Origin: Pelagibacteraceae bacterium
GTDB taxonomy: Bacteria > Pseudomonadota > Alphaproteobacteria > HIMB59 > GCA-002718135
Reading direction: 5' to 3'
NCBI GenBank assembly: GCA_018657885.1
Contig: JABHWG010000137.1
Span: 1-50,084, forward strand
Length of the DNA stretch: 50,084 nucleotides
Part shown: in pieces, positions 23,301 through 34,385 of the stretch
How the letters are laid out: each line of letters starts with the position of its first letter
Position numbering within the stretch: position 1 is the stretch's first letter
Notes under the pieces: generated by a model
What the model was told of the DNA's origin: nothing
Seen by the model: the letters and a program-made list of their open reading frames with translations, nothing else
Databases searched by the model: none
Translations under genes and position numbers: made by a program

Positions 23301-24494
23301 AGCCTTAATAGTATTAGCCCATCCATAAATATCTAACTTGTGAAAAATGAAAGGTTTAAATAATTCTAAAGCCATTTTTTTTGGAATACCACATTGATGA
23401 AGCTTTAAAGTAGGTCCAACAACAATGACTGATCTGCCTGAATAATCTACTCTTTTACCAAGTAAGTTTTGTCTAAATCGACCTTGCTTTCCTTTAAGCA
23501 TGTCAGATAAAGATTTTAAAGGTCGCTTATTAGTTGATGTTATGACCCTTCCCCTTCTTCCATTATCAAAAAGAGCATCAACAGATTCTTGGAGCATTCT
23601 CTTTTCATTTCTAATAATTATATCAGGCGCCCTAAGATCTATAAGTCTTTTCAACCTGTTATTTCTATTTATAACTCTTCTGTAGAGGTCATTTAAATCA
23701 CTAGTTGCAAACCTTCCACCATCAAGAGGAACTAATGGTCTCAACTCAGGAGGTATTACAGGGAGGACTCTTAATATCATCCATTCTGGTTTATTTTTTG
23801 AAACTATAAAAGATTCTAGAAGTTTTATTCTTTTTGTTAATTTTGTTTTTTTAAGCTCAGACTTTGTCTCCGTAAGATCAATTTTTGTTTTTTCAAAATC
23901 TGAAGATAAATCAATGTTTATTAACATTTGTTCAATTGCTTCTGCTCCAATAGCCGCACTAAATGAATCTTCACCGTATTGATCTTGATAATCGATGTAT
24001 TGATCTTCAGAAATCACTTCACCTTTTTTTAAATCAGTTAAGCCAGGCTCTACAACGATAAATTGCTCAAAATACAAAACTTTCTCAAGATTTTTAATAG
24101 TCATATCCAACAGAGTTGCAATCCGACTTGGTAATGATTTCATAAACCAAATATGAGAAACAGGGGCTGCAAGCTCTATATGACCCATCCGATCACGTCT
24201 CACCTTTGATAAAGTTACTTCAACACCACATTTTTCACATATGATACCTCTAAACTTCATTCTTTTATATTTACCACAAAGACATTCATAATCTTTTACC
24301 GGTCCAAATATTCTTGAGCAGAAGAGCCCGTCTTTTTCAGGTTTAAATGTACGATAATTAATTGTTTCAGGTTTTTTAATTTCTCCAAAAGACCATGAAC
24401 GTATATCATCTGGACTAGCAATTGATATCTTCAAGCTATTAAAATTTTTAATTCCTTGATTTTGATTAAAAATATTTACTAATTCTCTATTCAT
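20370..24494 (-). CDS. rpoC: RNA polymerase beta' subunit
   Basis: Zn finger CLCGKY...CEKC, catalytic [20 protein letters not shown]. Confidence 0.99.
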   Translation of the reverse strand: MNRELVNIFNQNQGIKNFNSLKISIASPDDIRSWSFGEIKKPETINYRTFKPEKDGLFCSRIFGPVKDYECLCGKYKRMKFRGIICEKCGVEVTLSKVRRDRMGHIELAAPVSHIWFMKSLPSRIATLLDMTIKNLEKVLYFEQFIVVEPGLTDLKKGEVISEDQYIDYQDQYGEDSFSAAIGAEAIEQMLINIDLSSDFEKTKIDLTETKSELKKTKLTKRIKLLESFIVSKNKPEWMILRVLPVIPPELRPLVPLDGGRFATSDLNDLYRRVINRNNRLKRLIDLRAPDIIIRNEKRMLQESVDALFDNGRRGRVITSTNKRPLKSLSDMLKGKQGRFRQNLLGKRVDYSGRSVIVVGPTLKLHQCGIPKKMALELFKPFIFHKLDIYGWANTIKAAKKLVEKEDPRVWDILEEVIREHPILLNRAPTLHRLGIQAFEPILIEGKSIQLHPLVCTAFNADFDGDQMAVHVPLSLEAQLEARVLMMSTNNILSPSSGKPIIVPSQDIVLGIYYLSIMRNNQKGENRSFLDTNEILKALENKVVTLHTKIISRIRNSIGEISKVETTPGRMILANALPKNEKIDFSLINKVLTKKEVSNIIDTVYRFCGQKETVLFADHIMQIGFKYAAIAGISFGKDDLIIPDEKQQLLDDTQNKVQEYENQYQDGLITQGEKYNKVVDAWSECTNKVADKMLDVISKPDDDKPINSVFMMAHSGARGSAAQLKQLAGMRGLMAKPSGEIIENPIKSNFKEGLSVLEYFTSTHGARKGLADTALKTASSGYLTRRLVDVAQDAVIREVDCGTENGVMVEEIVESGNITSPLTERVLGRTPCQDLHNIDDLVIVKAGEIIEEKHLEDIVNLGIRSLKIRSVLTCTTEDGICAKCYGRDLARGTEVNVGEAVGIIAAQSIGEPGTQLTMRTFHIGGAASSSVEQSNSLAPIDGLVKLENLKLIEDKFSNSIILSRNAKIKIEVNKVEKFSINIPFGSKIFVKDDQEVKANQTLAEWDPYTLPIIAERDGFLKYVDLQQGISFRESIDDTTGISSKIVIDWSQNPKSKNFKPAINVQETLNSEEVDADNFINYPMSIDTILSVEDEQQVYAGQVLARIPKESSKTKDITGGLPRVAELFEARKPKDPAIMCEIDGNISFGKDYKNKRRLVITSIDETNTFEILIPRAKYLNVVEGDFVKKGDVLVEGTPVPHDILRILGVEELARYLVREVQSVYKLQGVYINDKHIETIARQMLQKVLIKKAGDSSLLVGEQAQKRDILKLNDDLEKNGKKIVEYEPVLLGITKASLQTSSFISAASFQETTKVLTDAATMGKIDPLKGLKENVIVGRLIPAGTGRITSEYEKIASVKDKEILEKRKQAENIQNT

Positions 24495-27400
24495 TTTCAG
24501 ACACCGTACTTTCTATGTTTTTTATTGGTTTAACAATTTCCTTAAATTCTAAGTTAAGACCAAGAGATCTTAATTCTTTAACCATAACATTAAATGATTC
24601 TGGCGTACCAGACTCAAAATTATTATCACCTTTAACAATTGACTCGTATACTTTTGTTCTACCAGCAACATCATCTGATTTTATTGTTAAAATTTCTTGA
24701 AGTGTGTATGCTGCGCCATATGCTTCGAGGGCCCAAACTTCCATTTCACCAAATCTCTGGCCACCAAATTGTGCTTTACCTCCTAGAGGTTGTTGAGTAA
24801 CTAAGCTGTAAGGACCAATTGATCTGGCATGAATTTTTTCATCAACTAAATGGTGTAATTTGAGCATATAGACGTACCCAACAGTAACTGGTCTCTCAAA
24901 TTTTTCGCCCGTGACACCGTCGTATAGTATTTCCTGACCTGTTTTAGAAACTCCAGATTTTTCTAATAAAGACGAAATATCCTTTTCTTTGGCTCCATCA
25001 AAAACAGGTGTGGCAAATGGAATTCCATCTTTTAAATTTTCTGATAACTCTAAAATCTGATCGTCATCCATGTTTTCAATCTCTTCTTTGTGATTTTTAA
25101 AGTCATATATTTCTAAAAGTTTATTTTTAAGATCATTAGTATGGCCATCAGTTTTCAATTTAGTAATCATCTCGTTAACCTGGCTACCTAAAGAAGCTGA
25201 TGCCCAACCTAAGTGTGTTTCAAGAATTTGCCCAATATTCATACGACTTGGAACGCCTAAAGGATTTAGAACAATATCGACAGGTCTTCCATCTTGCAGA
25301 TATGGCATATCTTCAACAGGACAGATCTTAGAAATAACTCCTTTATTACCGTGACGTCCAGCCATTTTGTCTCCAGGTTGAAGTTTTCTTTTAACAGCAA
25401 CAAAAACTTTAATAAGTTTTAAAACACCAGGTAATAGCTCATCACCACTTTGAATTTTATCTATTTTATTTTCAAATTTTTGATTAATGTTACCAAGCTG
25501 ATTTTCATAATTCTTAATTAAAGATTCAATTTGAGTTGTTATTTTTTCTTCTGCAATGTTAATTTTAATTAAATCATTTACTTGCAAATTATCTAATTGA
25601 TCAAAACTAAGCTTAGAATTTTTATCTATGTTTTCCATTCCAGATATAAACTTTTTTCCAACAAGAAGATCTTTTAAATGATTTCCAAAACTTTTTTTAA
25701 GTATATTTAATTCATCATCTCTGTCTCTAGAAATTACTTCAATTTGAGAATTTTCAATACTTATAGCCCTTTCATCTTTTTCGATTCCTCTTCTTGAAAA
25801 AACTCTGATTTCAACAACAGTACCTTTAACGCCTGGGGGGACTCTCAAGCTTGTATCTTTTACATCAGCTGCCTTTTCTCCAAAAATAGCCCTTAGTAAT
25901 TTTTCTTCAGGAGTCATCGGCGATTCCCCTTTTGGTGTAACCTTACCAACCAAAATATCTCCTGAAGATACCTCAGCCCCGACATATACTATTCCAGTTT
26001 CATCAAGATTTACTAACATTTCCTCACTTGCATTTGGAATATCTCTTGTAACGTCTTCAGGTCCCAACTTTGTATCTCTCGCCATGACCTCAAACTCCTC
26101 AACATGAATCGATGTAAAAACATCATCCTGAACAACTTTTTCAGAAATTAATATTGAATCCTCAAAATTATAACCATTCCAAGGCATAAAGGCCACTAAG
26201 ACATTTCTTCCAAGAGCAAGTTCACCTAAATCAGTTGCCGGCCCATCAGCAATAACTTGGTTTTTTTTAATCTGATCTCCAACGTTAACAAGAGGCCTTT
26301 GATTTATGCATGTGTTTTGATTTGATCTTTGAAATTTTTGCAAATTATAAATATCAATTTTATTAAGTGAGTTATCTTTTTTATCTGTAACTCTAATAAC
26401 TATTCTATTTGCATCTAATTGATCAACAATTCCTTCTCTTTTAGCTACAACTGTTGATCCACTATCTTTAGCAACAGTATATTCCATTCCAGTACCTACA
26501 AGTGGTGCTTTTGGCTTAATAAGAGGGACTGCTTGTCTCATCATATTGGAACCCATCAATGCCCTATTCGCATCATCATTTTCTAAAAAAGGAATTAAAG
26601 AAGCTGCAACAGAAACTAATTGCTGTGGAGATACATCCATAAGATCAATTGAATCAACTTCTGCATTTATAAATTCCCCATTTTTTCTTGAACTTATTAC
26701 CTCGTTTTTAAATTTACCTTTTTCATCAACTTCTGAGTTTGCTTGAGCTATTACAAAGTCCTCTTCATTGATGGCACTTAAATAAACAACATCACTTGTT
26801 ACTTTTCCGTTATTTACAATTCTGTATGGTGTTTCAATAAATCCATATTGATTAATCCTTGAGTAAGAAGCTAAGCTATTAATAAGCCCAATATTAGCCC
26901 CTTCTGGAGTTTCAATAGGACAAATTCTTCCATAGTGTGTTTGGTGAACATCTCTAACTTCAAATCCAGCTCTTTCTCTGTTTAGACCTCCAGGGCCAAG
27001 TGCTGATACTCTTCTTTTATGAGTTATTTCACTTAAAGGGTTAGTTTGGTCCATAAATTGACTTAATTGACTTGTTCCAAAAAATTCCTTGATTGAAGCT
27101 GCAACAGGTTTTGCATTAATAATATCCTGAGGCATAATATTATCAACTTCAAGTGAGCTCAGCCTTTCCTTAATTGCTCTATCCATCTTAAGTAAACCAA
27201 CTCGGTATTGATTTTCAAGAAGTTCTCCAACTGACCTTACTCTTCGATTTGCTAGATGATCAATATCATCAATGTCACCTTTGCCATCGATAAGATTGTG
27301 CATATGCTTAACAACATCAATTATGTCAGATTTGTCTAATATTTTTTGATTAATATCAGTGTCTTTTTTAAACTTTGCATTAATTTTTAATCTTCCAACA

Positions 27401-28695
27401 GATGACAAATCATATCTATCTGAGTTAAAAAACAAATTATTAAAAAGTAACTCGGCAGTCTCTATAGTAGGCGGCTCACCCGGTCTAAGAATTTTGAATA
27501 ATTCAAATAGAGCCTCTTCTCTAGATCTAGCTTTATCTAACTGAAGAGTATTTCTGATGTATGAGCCTATCTCAATATTATCCACTTTTAAAATATCTAA
27601 TTTATTTATTTTATTAGAACTAAGAAAGTTTACAAACTCTTCATCAATTTCAAAACCTGCCTCATAAAAAATTTTTCCAGTCTTTTCGTCAATTATGTCT
27701 GAAGAAATATAAAGACCAATTAATGAATTCTCATCGATTGATAGATTAGAGATATTTTTTTTCTTAATATCATTAATGATTTTTTGATTAACTTTAGTTC
27801 CTTTGCTGATTAAAATCTTACCATTATTAGAATCTAATATATCAAAGTTAAGAATTTTTGATTTATAAAAAATTAAATTTTCCTTAAACTGCCAACCATG
27901 ATTATTTTTCTTAAAAGTAATGTTATCGTAAAAAATTGAAAGTATTTCTTCCCCAGTCATACCTAATATTTTTTTAGAATCTGGATCAATTTTATTTTTA
28001 TCACATTCTTCAATATATTGAGTTGATGAGTTGCTGAGTAAGCACTTTAATAAAGTGGTGACTGGAAATTTTCTTTTTCTATCAATTCTTGCATGCAAAT
28101 TATTTTTTGCATCATGCTCAAAATCAAGCCAAGAACCTCTATAAGGAATAATTCTGGCATTAAATAAATATTTACCACTTGTATGAGTTTTACCAAAATC
28201 GTGATCAAAGAAAACACCTGGAGATCTATGCATCTGACTTACAACAACTCTCTCCGTTCCATTAACTACAAAGGTTGCATTTTTAGACATCAAAGGGATG
28301 TCGCCCATATAAACTTCTTGTTCTTTAATATCTCTTACAGATTTAGTTCCTGCAATCTCATCAATATCCCAGATTATTAATCTAAAGTTAACTAATAAAG
28401 GAGCTCCATAAGTCATTCCTCTTTGAGAACATTCTTCAACATCATATTTAGGAACACCAATATCAAAACTCACATAATCAACCGTAGCTCTTTCAGTATA
28501 ATCATTAATAGGAAAAACTGATTTAAAAATCGCATGTAATCCAATGTCTTCTTTTTTCTCAGGTGAGACTCTGAGCTGCAAAAAATTATCAAAAGATCTT
28601 TTTTGTACTTCTACAAGATTTGGAAGCGATGTAACCAACGGTATCTTACCAAAAGATTTTCTAATTTTTTTTGAATTGATATAATCTAAGCTCAT
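24487..28695 (-). CDS. rpoB: RNA polymerase beta subunit
   Basis: [42 protein letters not shown]. Confidence 0.99.
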   Translation of the reverse strand: MSLDYINSKKIRKSFGKIPLVTSLPNLVEVQKRSFDNFLQLRVSPEKKEDIGLHAIFKSVFPINDYTERATVDYVSFDIGVPKYDVEECSQRGMTYGAPLLVNFRLIIWDIDEIAGTKSVRDIKEQEVYMGDIPLMSKNATFVVNGTERVVVSQMHRSPGVFFDHDFGKTHTSGKYLFNARIIPYRGSWLDFEHDAKNNLHARIDRKRKFPVTTLLKCLLSNSSTQYIEECDKNKIDPDSKKILGMTGEEILSIFYDNITFKKNNHGWQFKENLIFYKSKILNFDILDSNNGKILISKGTKVNQKIINDIKKKNISNLSIDENSLIGLYISSDIIDEKTGKIFYEAGFEIDEEFVNFLSSNKINKLDILKVDNIEIGSYIRNTLQLDKARSREEALFELFKILRPGEPPTIETAELLFNNLFFNSDRYDLSSVGRLKINAKFKKDTDINQKILDKSDIIDVVKHMHNLIDGKGDIDDIDHLANRRVRSVGELLENQYRVGLLKMDRAIKERLSSLEVDNIMPQDIINAKPVAASIKEFFGTSQLSQFMDQTNPLSEITHKRRVSALGPGGLNRERAGFEVRDVHQTHYGRICPIETPEGANIGLINSLASYSRINQYGFIETPYRIVNNGKVTSDVVYLSAINEEDFVIAQANSEVDEKGKFKNEVISSRKNGEFINAEVDSIDLMDVSPQQLVSVAASLIPFLENDDANRALMGSNMMRQAVPLIKPKAPLVGTGMEYTVAKDSGSTVVAKREGIVDQLDANRIVIRVTDKKDNSLNKIDIYNLQKFQRSNQNTCINQRPLVNVGDQIKKNQVIADGPATDLGELALGRNVLVAFMPWNGYNFEDSILISEKVVQDDVFTSIHVEEFEVMARDTKLGPEDVTRDIPNASEEMLVNLDETGIVYVGAEVSSGDILVGKVTPKGESPMTPEEKLLRAIFGEKAADVKDTSLRVPPGVKGTVVEIRVFSRRGIEKDERAISIENSQIEVISRDRDDELNILKKSFGNHLKDLLVGKKFISGMENIDKNSKLSFDQLDNLQVNDLIKINIAEEKITTQIESLIKNYENQLGNINQKFENKIDKIQSGDELLPGVLKLIKVFVAVKRKLQPGDKMAGRHGNKGVISKICPVEDMPYLQDGRPVDIVLNPLGVPSRMNIGQILETHLGWASASLGSQVNEMITKLKTDGHTNDLKNKLLEIYDFKNHKEEIENMDDDQILELSENLKDGIPFATPVFDGAKEKDISSLLEKSGVSKTGQEILYDGVTGEKFERPVTVGYVYMLKLHHLVDEKIHARSIGPYSLVTQQPLGGKAQFGGQRFGEMEVWALEAYGAAYTLQEILTIKSDDVAGRTKVYESIVKGDNNFESGTPESFNVMVKELRSLGLNLEFKEIVKPIKNIESTVSENE

Positions 28696-28720
28696 TTATT
28701 CACCTTTGTTTAATATTTTT

Positions 28721-28751
28721 AAAGAAGACCCCCACAATAAGTGGAGGTCTT
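28721..28751 (-). terminator. hairpin terminator/attenuator between rplL and rpoB
   Basis: AAGACCTCCAC-TTATT-GTGGGGGTCTT: 11-bp stem with one G:U, followed by CTTT, 6 nt after the rplL stop. Confidence 0.7.
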
Positions 28752-28757
28752 AAAAAA

Positions 28758-29132
28758 TTATTTAAGTTCTACTTTAGCTCCAGCAGCTTCAAGAGTTTTT
28801 TTCATCTCTTCAGCTTCAGCTTTCGCAACACCTTGCTTCAAAGATTTTGGTGCACCTTCAACAAGATCTTTTGCTTCTTTAAGACCTAGAGCTGTTATTG
28901 TTCTTACTTCTTTAATTACTGCAATTTTATTTGATCCAGCCTCAGCTAAAACAACATCAAAATCAGTTTTTTCTTCTGCTGCAGCATCAGCACCAGCAGC
29001 TGCAGGAGCTGCAGCAGCAACTGGGGCAGCTGCCGAAACACCCCATTTTTCTTCTAGAAGTTTGCTAAGTTCAGCAGCCTCTAGAACAGTAAGTGATGAT
29101 AAATCATCAATAATTTTATTTAAATCAGCCAT
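28758..29132 (-). CDS. rplL: 50S ribosomal protein L7/L12
   Basis: LTVLEAAEL, Ala-rich hinge, [20 protein letters not shown]. Confidence 0.99.
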   Translation of the reverse strand: MADLNKIIDDLSSLTVLEAAELSKLLEEKWGVSAAAPVAAAAPAAAGADAAAEEKTDFDVVLAEAGSNKIAVIKEVRTITALGLKEAKDLVEGAPKSLKQGVAKAEAEEMKKTLEAAGAKVELK

Positions 29133-29150
29133 TTTCTTCTCCTTTTAAAC

Positions 29151-29672
29151 CTAATTGGACTCTTCTAAACTCTTACTTTGAGCACTCACTAATCTAGCTA
29201 TTTGCCCAGCAGGCTCCTTCATAATTAAAGCTATTTTTTGAGCTGGAGCTGAGATTATTCCTAAAATTTTTCCTCTTAACTCATCCATTGAAGGAAGAGT
29301 GGCGAGAAAATTAATTTTTTCTAGATCAATTTTTTCCCCATTATAACCACCACCAATAATTTTAAAATTTTCAAGTTTTTTTTCAAAACTAACAGCGACT
29401 TTTGCTGGAGCTACAGGGTCATCTGAATATGCTATAGCAGTAGGTCCTGTAAATAGATCAGCTAAATCTTTAAATTGTGTTTGCTCTAAAGCGAGTTTAG
29501 TTAATCTGTTCTTCGTAACCTTGAATTTAGCTCCATTATCTCTCATTTCGGATCTTAACTCTTCTGATTCATTAACAGTTAGACCAGAGTAATGAGTAAC
29601 AATAACTGAAGTTGATGAATCTAACTCATCTTTCAAATTTTGAACTAAATTTTTTTTATCAGAACGTTTCAC
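29151..29672 (-). CDS. rplJ: 50S ribosomal protein L10
   Basis: YSGLTV, KVTKNRL, FTGPTAIA, LATLPS; GTG start with GAGGT SD. Confidence 0.97.
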   Translation of the reverse strand: MKRSDKKNLVQNLKDELDSSTSVIVTHYSGLTVNESEELRSEMRDNGAKFKVTKNRLTKLALEQTQFKDLADLFTGPTAIAYSDDPVAPAKVAVSFEKKLENFKIIGGGYNGEKIDLEKINFLATLPSMDELRGKILGIISAPAQKIALIMKEPAGQIARLVSAQSKSLEESN

Positions 29673-29743
29673 TTACACCTCGGTTTATTTTTAGGTAAAA
29701 CCTAAAATTAGCTGTCAATGTTTGCTAATCAAACACAGACAAG

Positions 29744-29818
29744 CCTGTCAAGAAGCCAGAATCTCTCGCTTCAGTCTATGCAGGGAATTAAGCATAAGCT
29801 CCTACAGTCTTTGACAGG
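29744..29818 (-). promoter_or_regulatory. L10 leader (rplJ autoregulatory RNA element)
   Basis: Outer stem CCTGTCAA/TTGACAGG encloses AAGACTGTAGG...TTAA...CCTGCATAGAC, the L10-leader core, in the rplA-rplJ gap. Confidence 0.8.
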
Positions 29819-29850
29819 TGATAACCTTACGATTATCTGTTAAATCAGCC

Positions 29851-30540
29851 TTAACGTAAACTCGCTACGTTTATTTCTAATCCAACACCCATAGTTGAAG
29901 CTATGGTAACTTTTTTAATAAATGATCCTTTTACAGTATCAGGTTTGCTTTTATTAATTGCGCTAAAGAAAGCTTTTAAATTTTCTAAAAGATCATCTTC
30001 GTTAAAATTCATTTTTCCAATTCCTGCATGAACGATTCCACTTTTTTCATTTTTATATTGGACTTGACCAGATTTTGCATTTTGAATAGCAGTTTTTAAA
30101 TCTTGAGTTACTGTTCCTAGTTTAGGATTTGGCATTAAACCTTTAGGTCCTAAAATTTTAGCAACTTTACCAATAGAAGGCATCATATCAGGTGTGGCAA
30201 TAAGAAGATCAAAATTGATTTTGCCACTTGATATTGAATCAATTAAGTCGTTCTCTCCAACAAGATCAGCTCCTGCTTCCTTTGCTTCATTTTGTTTGTC
30301 TCCTTTTGTAAGAACTGCAACATTTATATTCTTACCAGTACCTTTTGGTAAATTTATCATACCTCTTATATTCTGATCAGTTTTATTAGGGTCAATTCCG
30401 AGATTTATCGCAATCTCAATAGATTCTTCAAATTTTGTATAAGAATTTTCCTTTAAGATCTTGATTGCTTCAATAGGATTATAAACTTTTGAAGTATTAA
30501 TTTTCTCAATTAAATTTTTATTATTTTTAGTTTTTTTCAT
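29851..30540 (-). CDS. rplA: 50S ribosomal protein L1
   Basis: LPKGTGK, ATPDMM, ILGPKGLMPNPKLGTVT, STMG. Confidence 0.98.
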   Translation of the reverse strand: MKKTKNNKNLIEKINTSKVYNPIEAIKILKENSYTKFEESIEIAINLGIDPNKTDQNIRGMINLPKGTGKNINVAVLTKGDKQNEAKEAGADLVGENDLIDSISSGKINFDLLIATPDMMPSIGKVAKILGPKGLMPNPKLGTVTQDLKTAIQNAKSGQVQYKNEKSGIVHAGIGKMNFNEDDLLENLKAFFSAINKSKPDTVKGSFIKKVTIASTMGVGLEINVASLR

Positions 30541-30969
30541 TTAACTTACAACCTCCATACCCATAGATACGGCAGAACCTTTAACCATATTAACTGCACC
30601 GTTTAAATCAATTGCATTTAAATCTTTCATCTTTTCTTTCGCAATTTTTTCAACATCTGCTTGAGTTACTTTGCCAACTAGTGTTCTCCCAGGGGTTGAA
30701 TTACCTTTTTTAATTTTAGCGGCTTTTTTCAAATAATAACTAACTGGAGGCAATTTTGTTACAAAATCAAATGATCTATCTTTATAAGCAGTAATTACTA
30801 CAGGAATTGGAGCACCTTTTTCTACATCTTTAGTTTTATCATTAAATGCTTTACAAAAGTCCATAATATTTAAACCTCTTTGTCCAAGTGCTGGACCTAC
30901 AGGTGGGGATGGATTAGCTCCTCCTGCCGGAATTTGAAGTTTAATAAAACCTAATACTTCTTTTGCCAT
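30541..30969 (-). CDS. rplK: 50S ribosomal protein L11
   Basis: [21 protein letters not shown]. Confidence 0.99.
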   Translation of the reverse strand: MAKEVLGFIKLQIPAGGANPSPPVGPALGQRGLNIMDFCKAFNDKTKDVEKGAPIPVVITAYKDRSFDFVTKLPPVSYYLKKAAKIKKGNSTPGRTLVGKVTQADVEKIAKEKMKDLNAIDLNGAVNMVKGSAVSMGMEVVS

Positions 30970-30985
30970 ATCAACCTATCCTTCT

Positions 30986-31519
30986 TTATGCTTTCTCAAC
31001 TTGTGAATATTCTAAATCTACTGGTGTTGCTCTGCCAAATATAGAAACGGCGACTCTTAATCTAGCTTTTTCTTCATCAATTTGTTCTATTTCACCATTA
31101 AAAGATGCGAATGGTCCATCTATAACTTTAACCTGCTCACCAATATCATACATAATTGCTGGTCTTGACTTTTCAACACCATCAATAACTTGTTCTGATA
31201 TTCTTTTTGCCTCAGCATTACTTATTGGAACTGGCTTACCTTTGTTACCAAGAAATCCAGATAACTTAGGTGTGTTTTTAATAATGTGCCAAGTATCGTC
31301 ATTCAAATTCATTTTAATTAAAATATAACCAGGAAATATTTTCCTTTCCGTATTTATTCTAACTCCTCTTTTGACCTCAACAATATTCTGAGTGGGGACT
31401 GAAACCTCTTCAATATGTTCAGAAATTCCTAACTTATTAGCCTGATCCATTATGCTTTCTGCTACTTTCTTTTCAAAACCAGAATATGCATGAAGAACAT
31501 ACCATCTACATCTAATCAT
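30986..31519 (-). CDS. nusG: transcription elongation factor NusG
   Basis: WYVLHAYSGFE, FPGYIL, KOW motif VIDGPFASF, SIFGRATPV; start trimmed to the ATG after the secE stop. Confidence 0.97.
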   Translation of the reverse strand: MIRCRWYVLHAYSGFEKKVAESIMDQANKLGISEHIEEVSVPTQNIVEVKRGVRINTERKIFPGYILIKMNLNDDTWHIIKNTPKLSGFLGNKGKPVPISNAEAKRISEQVIDGVEKSRPAIMYDIGEQVKVIDGPFASFNGEIEQIDEEKARLRVAVSIFGRATPVDLEYSQVEKA

Positions 31520-31520
31520 A

Positions 31521-31739
31521 TTAGAGACCTGAACCAATCTGAATAATTTTTTGAATTAAAAATGACCACATTTGATCAGTTAAAAGAAAAAAAATAGAAA
31601 ATAGAAAAATAAGCAAAATAACTATGGCAGAAGAAATAAATGTATCTCTTCTCTGGGGCCAAGTCACTTTTTGCAACTCTTGTCTTACCTGCCTAACAAA
31701 CTGAGCAGGTGATGTCTTTTTCTTTTCTATATTACTCAT
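31521..31739 (-). CDS. secE: preprotein translocase SecE (single-TM form)
   Basis: ELQKVTWP motif plus one hydrophobic helix; between tRNA-Trp and nusG. Confidence 0.95.
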   Translation of the reverse strand: MSNIEKKKTSPAQFVRQVRQELQKVTWPQRRDTFISSAIVILLIFLFSIFFLLTDQMWSFLIQKIIQIGSGL

Positions 31740-31767
31740 TTACACTTTCACAATTTAATAAAATTAT

Positions 31768-31843
31768 TGGCAGGAGTGGCAGGACTTGAACCCGCAGCCC
31801 CCGGTTTTGGAGACCGGTGCTCTACCAGTTGAGCTACACTCCT
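31768..31843 (-). tRNA. tRNA-Trp(CCA)
   Basis: AGGAGTGTAGCTCAACTGGTAGAGC ACCGGT-CT-CCA-AA-ACCGG...GGTTCAAGTCC...CCA; 76 nt. Confidence 0.97.
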
Positions 31844-31885
31844 AATTTTAAAAGCAGCTGAAACTAGCAGAGAGGTCTCAAATAC

Positions 31886-33076
31886 CTATTCAATAATTTC
31901 AGCAACAACTCCAGCACCAACTGTTCTACCACCTTCTCTAATTGCAAACTTCAAACCTTTATCCATTGCAATTGGTGAAAGTAAAGTAACTTCCATTGTA
32001 ATGTTATCTCCAGGCATTACCATTTCAGTTCCTTCAGGTAGTTTAATAGTGCCAGTTACATCTGTAGTTCTAAAATAAAACTGTGGTCTATAATTTGAGA
32101 AGAAAGGTGTATGTCTACCTCCCTCTTCTTTTTTAAGAACATATGCTTCAGCTTTAAATTTTGTATGTGGCTTAATTGATCCAGGTTTAGCTAAAACTTG
32201 ACCTCTTTCAACTTCTTCTCTTTTTGTTCCACGAAGTAATACTCCCACGTTGTCACCTGCTTCTCCCGAGTCTAAAAGCTTTCTAAACATTTCAACACCA
32301 GTACAAATGGTTTTTTGAGGCTCTCTAATACCTAAGATTTCAATTTCTTCACCAACCTTAACCTGACCTTGCTCAATACGACCTGTTACAACTGTTCCTC
32401 TGCCTGAGATTGAGAATACATCCTCAACTGGCATTAAGAATGTTTGGTCAATTGGTCTTATTGGTTGAGGAATAGATTCATCAACAGCTTTCATTAGTTC
32501 AAGAATTGAGTTTTTTCCAATTTCATCATCTCTACCTTCTAGGGCAGCCAGAGCAGAACCTTTAATAACTGGAATAGTACCACCTGGGAATTCATATGAG
32601 GTAAGAAGCTCTCTTATTTCCATTTCTACAAGTTCTATTAACTCTTTATCATCAACTTGATCAACTTTGTTCATGTAAACAACAAGTGCTGGAACGCCAA
32701 CCTGTCTAGCAAGAAGAATGTGTTCTCTAGTTTGAGGCATAGGACCATCTGCGGCATTAACTACAAGTATTCCACCGTCCATTTGAGCAGCACCAGTAAT
32801 CATGTTTTTTACATAGTCAGCGTGACCAGGGCAATCAACGTGTGCGTAATGTCTTGCTTCTGTTTCGTATTCTACATGAGCTGTAGAAATTGTAATTCCG
32901 CGTTCTCTTTCTTCAGGAGCCTTATCAATATTAGCATAGTCAGTAAACTCTGCCCCTCCAGATTCTGCTAACACTTTTGTTATTGCAGCAGTTAAAGTAG
33001 TTTTTCCGTGGTCTACGTGTCCAACAGTACCGATGTTACAATGCGGTTTATTTCTTTCAAATTTTGCTTTAGCCAT
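31886..33076 (-). CDS. tuf: elongation factor Tu
   Basis: [38 protein letters not shown]. Confidence 0.99.
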   Translation of the reverse strand: MAKAKFERNKPHCNIGTVGHVDHGKTTLTAAITKVLAESGGAEFTDYANIDKAPEERERGITISTAHVEYETEARHYAHVDCPGHADYVKNMITGAAQMDGGILVVNAADGPMPQTREHILLARQVGVPALVVYMNKVDQVDDKELIELVEMEIRELLTSYEFPGGTIPVIKGSALAALEGRDDEIGKNSILELMKAVDESIPQPIRPIDQTFLMPVEDVFSISGRGTVVTGRIEQGQVKVGEEIEILGIREPQKTICTGVEMFRKLLDSGEAGDNVGVLLRGTKREEVERGQVLAKPGSIKPHTKFKAEAYVLKKEEGGRHTPFFSNYRPQFYFRTTDVTGTIKLPEGTEMVMPGDNITMEVTLLSPIAMDKGLKFAIREGGRTVGAGVVAEIIE

Positions 33077-33107
33077 TTTTATTTACCCCAGTATTAAATA
33101 TTCATTT

Positions 33108-33181
33108 TGGAGCGGGTGAAGGGAATCGAACCCTCGTAGCCAGCTTGGAAGGCTGGAGCTTTACCACTAAGCTACACCCGC
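33108..33181 (-). tRNA. tRNA-Gly(TCC)
   Basis: GCGGGTGTAGCTTAGTGGTAAAGC, CCAGC-CT-TCC-AA-GCTGG, GGTTCGATTCC, CCA; 74 nt. Confidence 0.97.
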
Positions 33182-33229
33182 TTTATATCTGACTCACTCA
33201 CTCATTACTTTTTTCCTACTCTCCATTTA

Positions 33230-33315
33230 TGGTGGAGGGGGTAGGATTCGAACCTACGTACGCTCACGCGGGCGGATTTACAGTCCGCTGCCTTTAACCA
33301 CTCGACCACCCCTCC
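33230..33315 (-). tRNA. tRNA-Tyr(GTA)
   Basis: GGAGGGGTGGTCGAGTGGTTAAAGGC, GCGGA-CT-GTA-AA-TCCGC, long variable arm, GGTTCGAATCC, CCA. Confidence 0.97.
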
Positions 33316-33332
33316 AAATTTGAAGAAAATGG

Positions 33333-33362
33333 CACATACTAATAAATTAGTATGATTGTCAA
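33333..33362 (-). promoter_or_regulatory. putative sigma70 promoter for tRNA-Tyr-Gly-tuf, overlapped by a 9-bp inverted repeat
   Basis: Perfect TTGACA (33362-33357)-N18-TATGTG; CATACTAAT-AA-ATTAGTATG at 33335-33354. Confidence 0.55.
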
Positions 33363-33486
33363 TCTAAAACAACTTACTTCCACCTTAAGTTACGAAAGTT
33401 CTTTAAAGCGGGCTCCTTTTAGACAAAAAATTAGAATTTGTATATATCTAGATTTTATTTAATGTACAAAAATAGCAAAAATTTAT

Positions 33487-34251
33487 ATGTCAAAAAAAAA
33501 ACCTAAAAAGACTAATAATACTGGGAAATTTCAAACAATTTATGGTTTGCATGCAGTTAAGGCCGCTTTAATAAATAATAAAAGAGAGCATGAAGAGCTC
33601 TTTATTAATGAAAATCATCGTAATTTAGCTGAAAAGTATAAATCTAAAATAAGGAAAATTACTTTTCTTGATCAAAAAGACTTTAAAAAAATTTATGGTG
33701 GTGAAAATTCAACCCAGTCCATAGTGTTAAAAACTAAAGATTTTGAAAGACCGAGTTTAGCTCAGTTTATAAAAAATGAAGATTTAGAAGATAAATCCGT
33801 TATACTTGCTTTAGATCAAATAACTGATCCTCAAAATATAGGGTCTATTATGCGATCATCTGCATTATTCAATTGCAAAGGCATAATAGTAGCAAAAGAT
33901 AATTCTCCTGACTTGACGCCCTCGTTATTTAAAGCAGCTTCAGGAGCTGCTGAAATTATAAATTTTTTTAAAGTAACAAATTTAAAAAGAAGTATCTCTG
34001 ATTTAAAAAAATATGGTTACTGGGTTTATGGTTTTGACTCCTCAGATGAAAAACAAAGTCCTGGAATAAAATTTTCAAAAAAATCTATACTAGTTTTTGG
34101 TTCTGAGGGAAAAGGGATGAGAGAATTAGTTAAAAAAGAATGTGATGAGTTAATAAAAATAAATATGAAACCTAACAAAGAATTTGGGATAGATAGTTTG
34201 AATGTATCTAATGCTACAGCTATAGCTCTTTATGAGTTTTATAAATCTTGA
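33487..34251 (+). CDS. rlmB: TrmH/SpoU-family 23S rRNA 2'-O-methyltransferase (RlmB-like)
   Basis: IYGLHAV, LDQITDPQNIGSIMRS, FGSEGKGMR, DSLNVSNA; divergent from tRNA-Tyr. Confidence 0.9.
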   Translation: MSKKKPKKTNNTGKFQTIYGLHAVKAALINNKREHEELFINENHRNLAEKYKSKIRKITFLDQKDFKKIYGGENSTQSIVLKTKDFERPSLAQFIKNEDLEDKSVILALDQITDPQNIGSIMRSSALFNCKGIIVAKDNSPDLTPSLFKAASGAAEIINFFKVTNLKRSISDLKKYGYWVYGFDSSDEKQSPGIKFSKKSILVFGSEGKGMRELVKKECDELIKINMKPNKEFGIDSLNVSNATAIALYEFYKS

Positions 34252-34259
34252 TTATTAAA

Positions 34260-34335
<76 letters not shown>

Positions 34336-34344
34336 ACTAAATGC

Positions 34345-34373
34345 CATTTACAATTAAATTAAATATTCGACAA
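34345..34373 (-). promoter_or_regulatory. putative sigma70 promoter for tRNA-Thr
   Basis: TTGTCG-N17-TAAATG, 9 nt upstream of the tRNA. Confidence 0.45.
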
Positions 34374-34385
34374 GTGATTTATTAG

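Noticed and set aside
19887-27090. Streptomycin or rifampicin resistance substitutions in RpsL/RpoB
   Set aside because: RpsL PKKPNS and RVKD, and the RpoB rifampicin-resistance region (Q, D, H, S positions), read as wild type.
28741-29148. 135-aa plus-strand ORF antisense to rplL
   Set aside because: Typical shadow frame caused by codon bias in a highly expressed gene; no recognisable motifs.
33182-33229. ACTC x3 microrepeat and mini-ORF (MESRKKVMSE) in the tRNA-Tyr/Gly spacer
   Set aside because: Too short to tell from chance, and it lies in a processed tRNA spacer.
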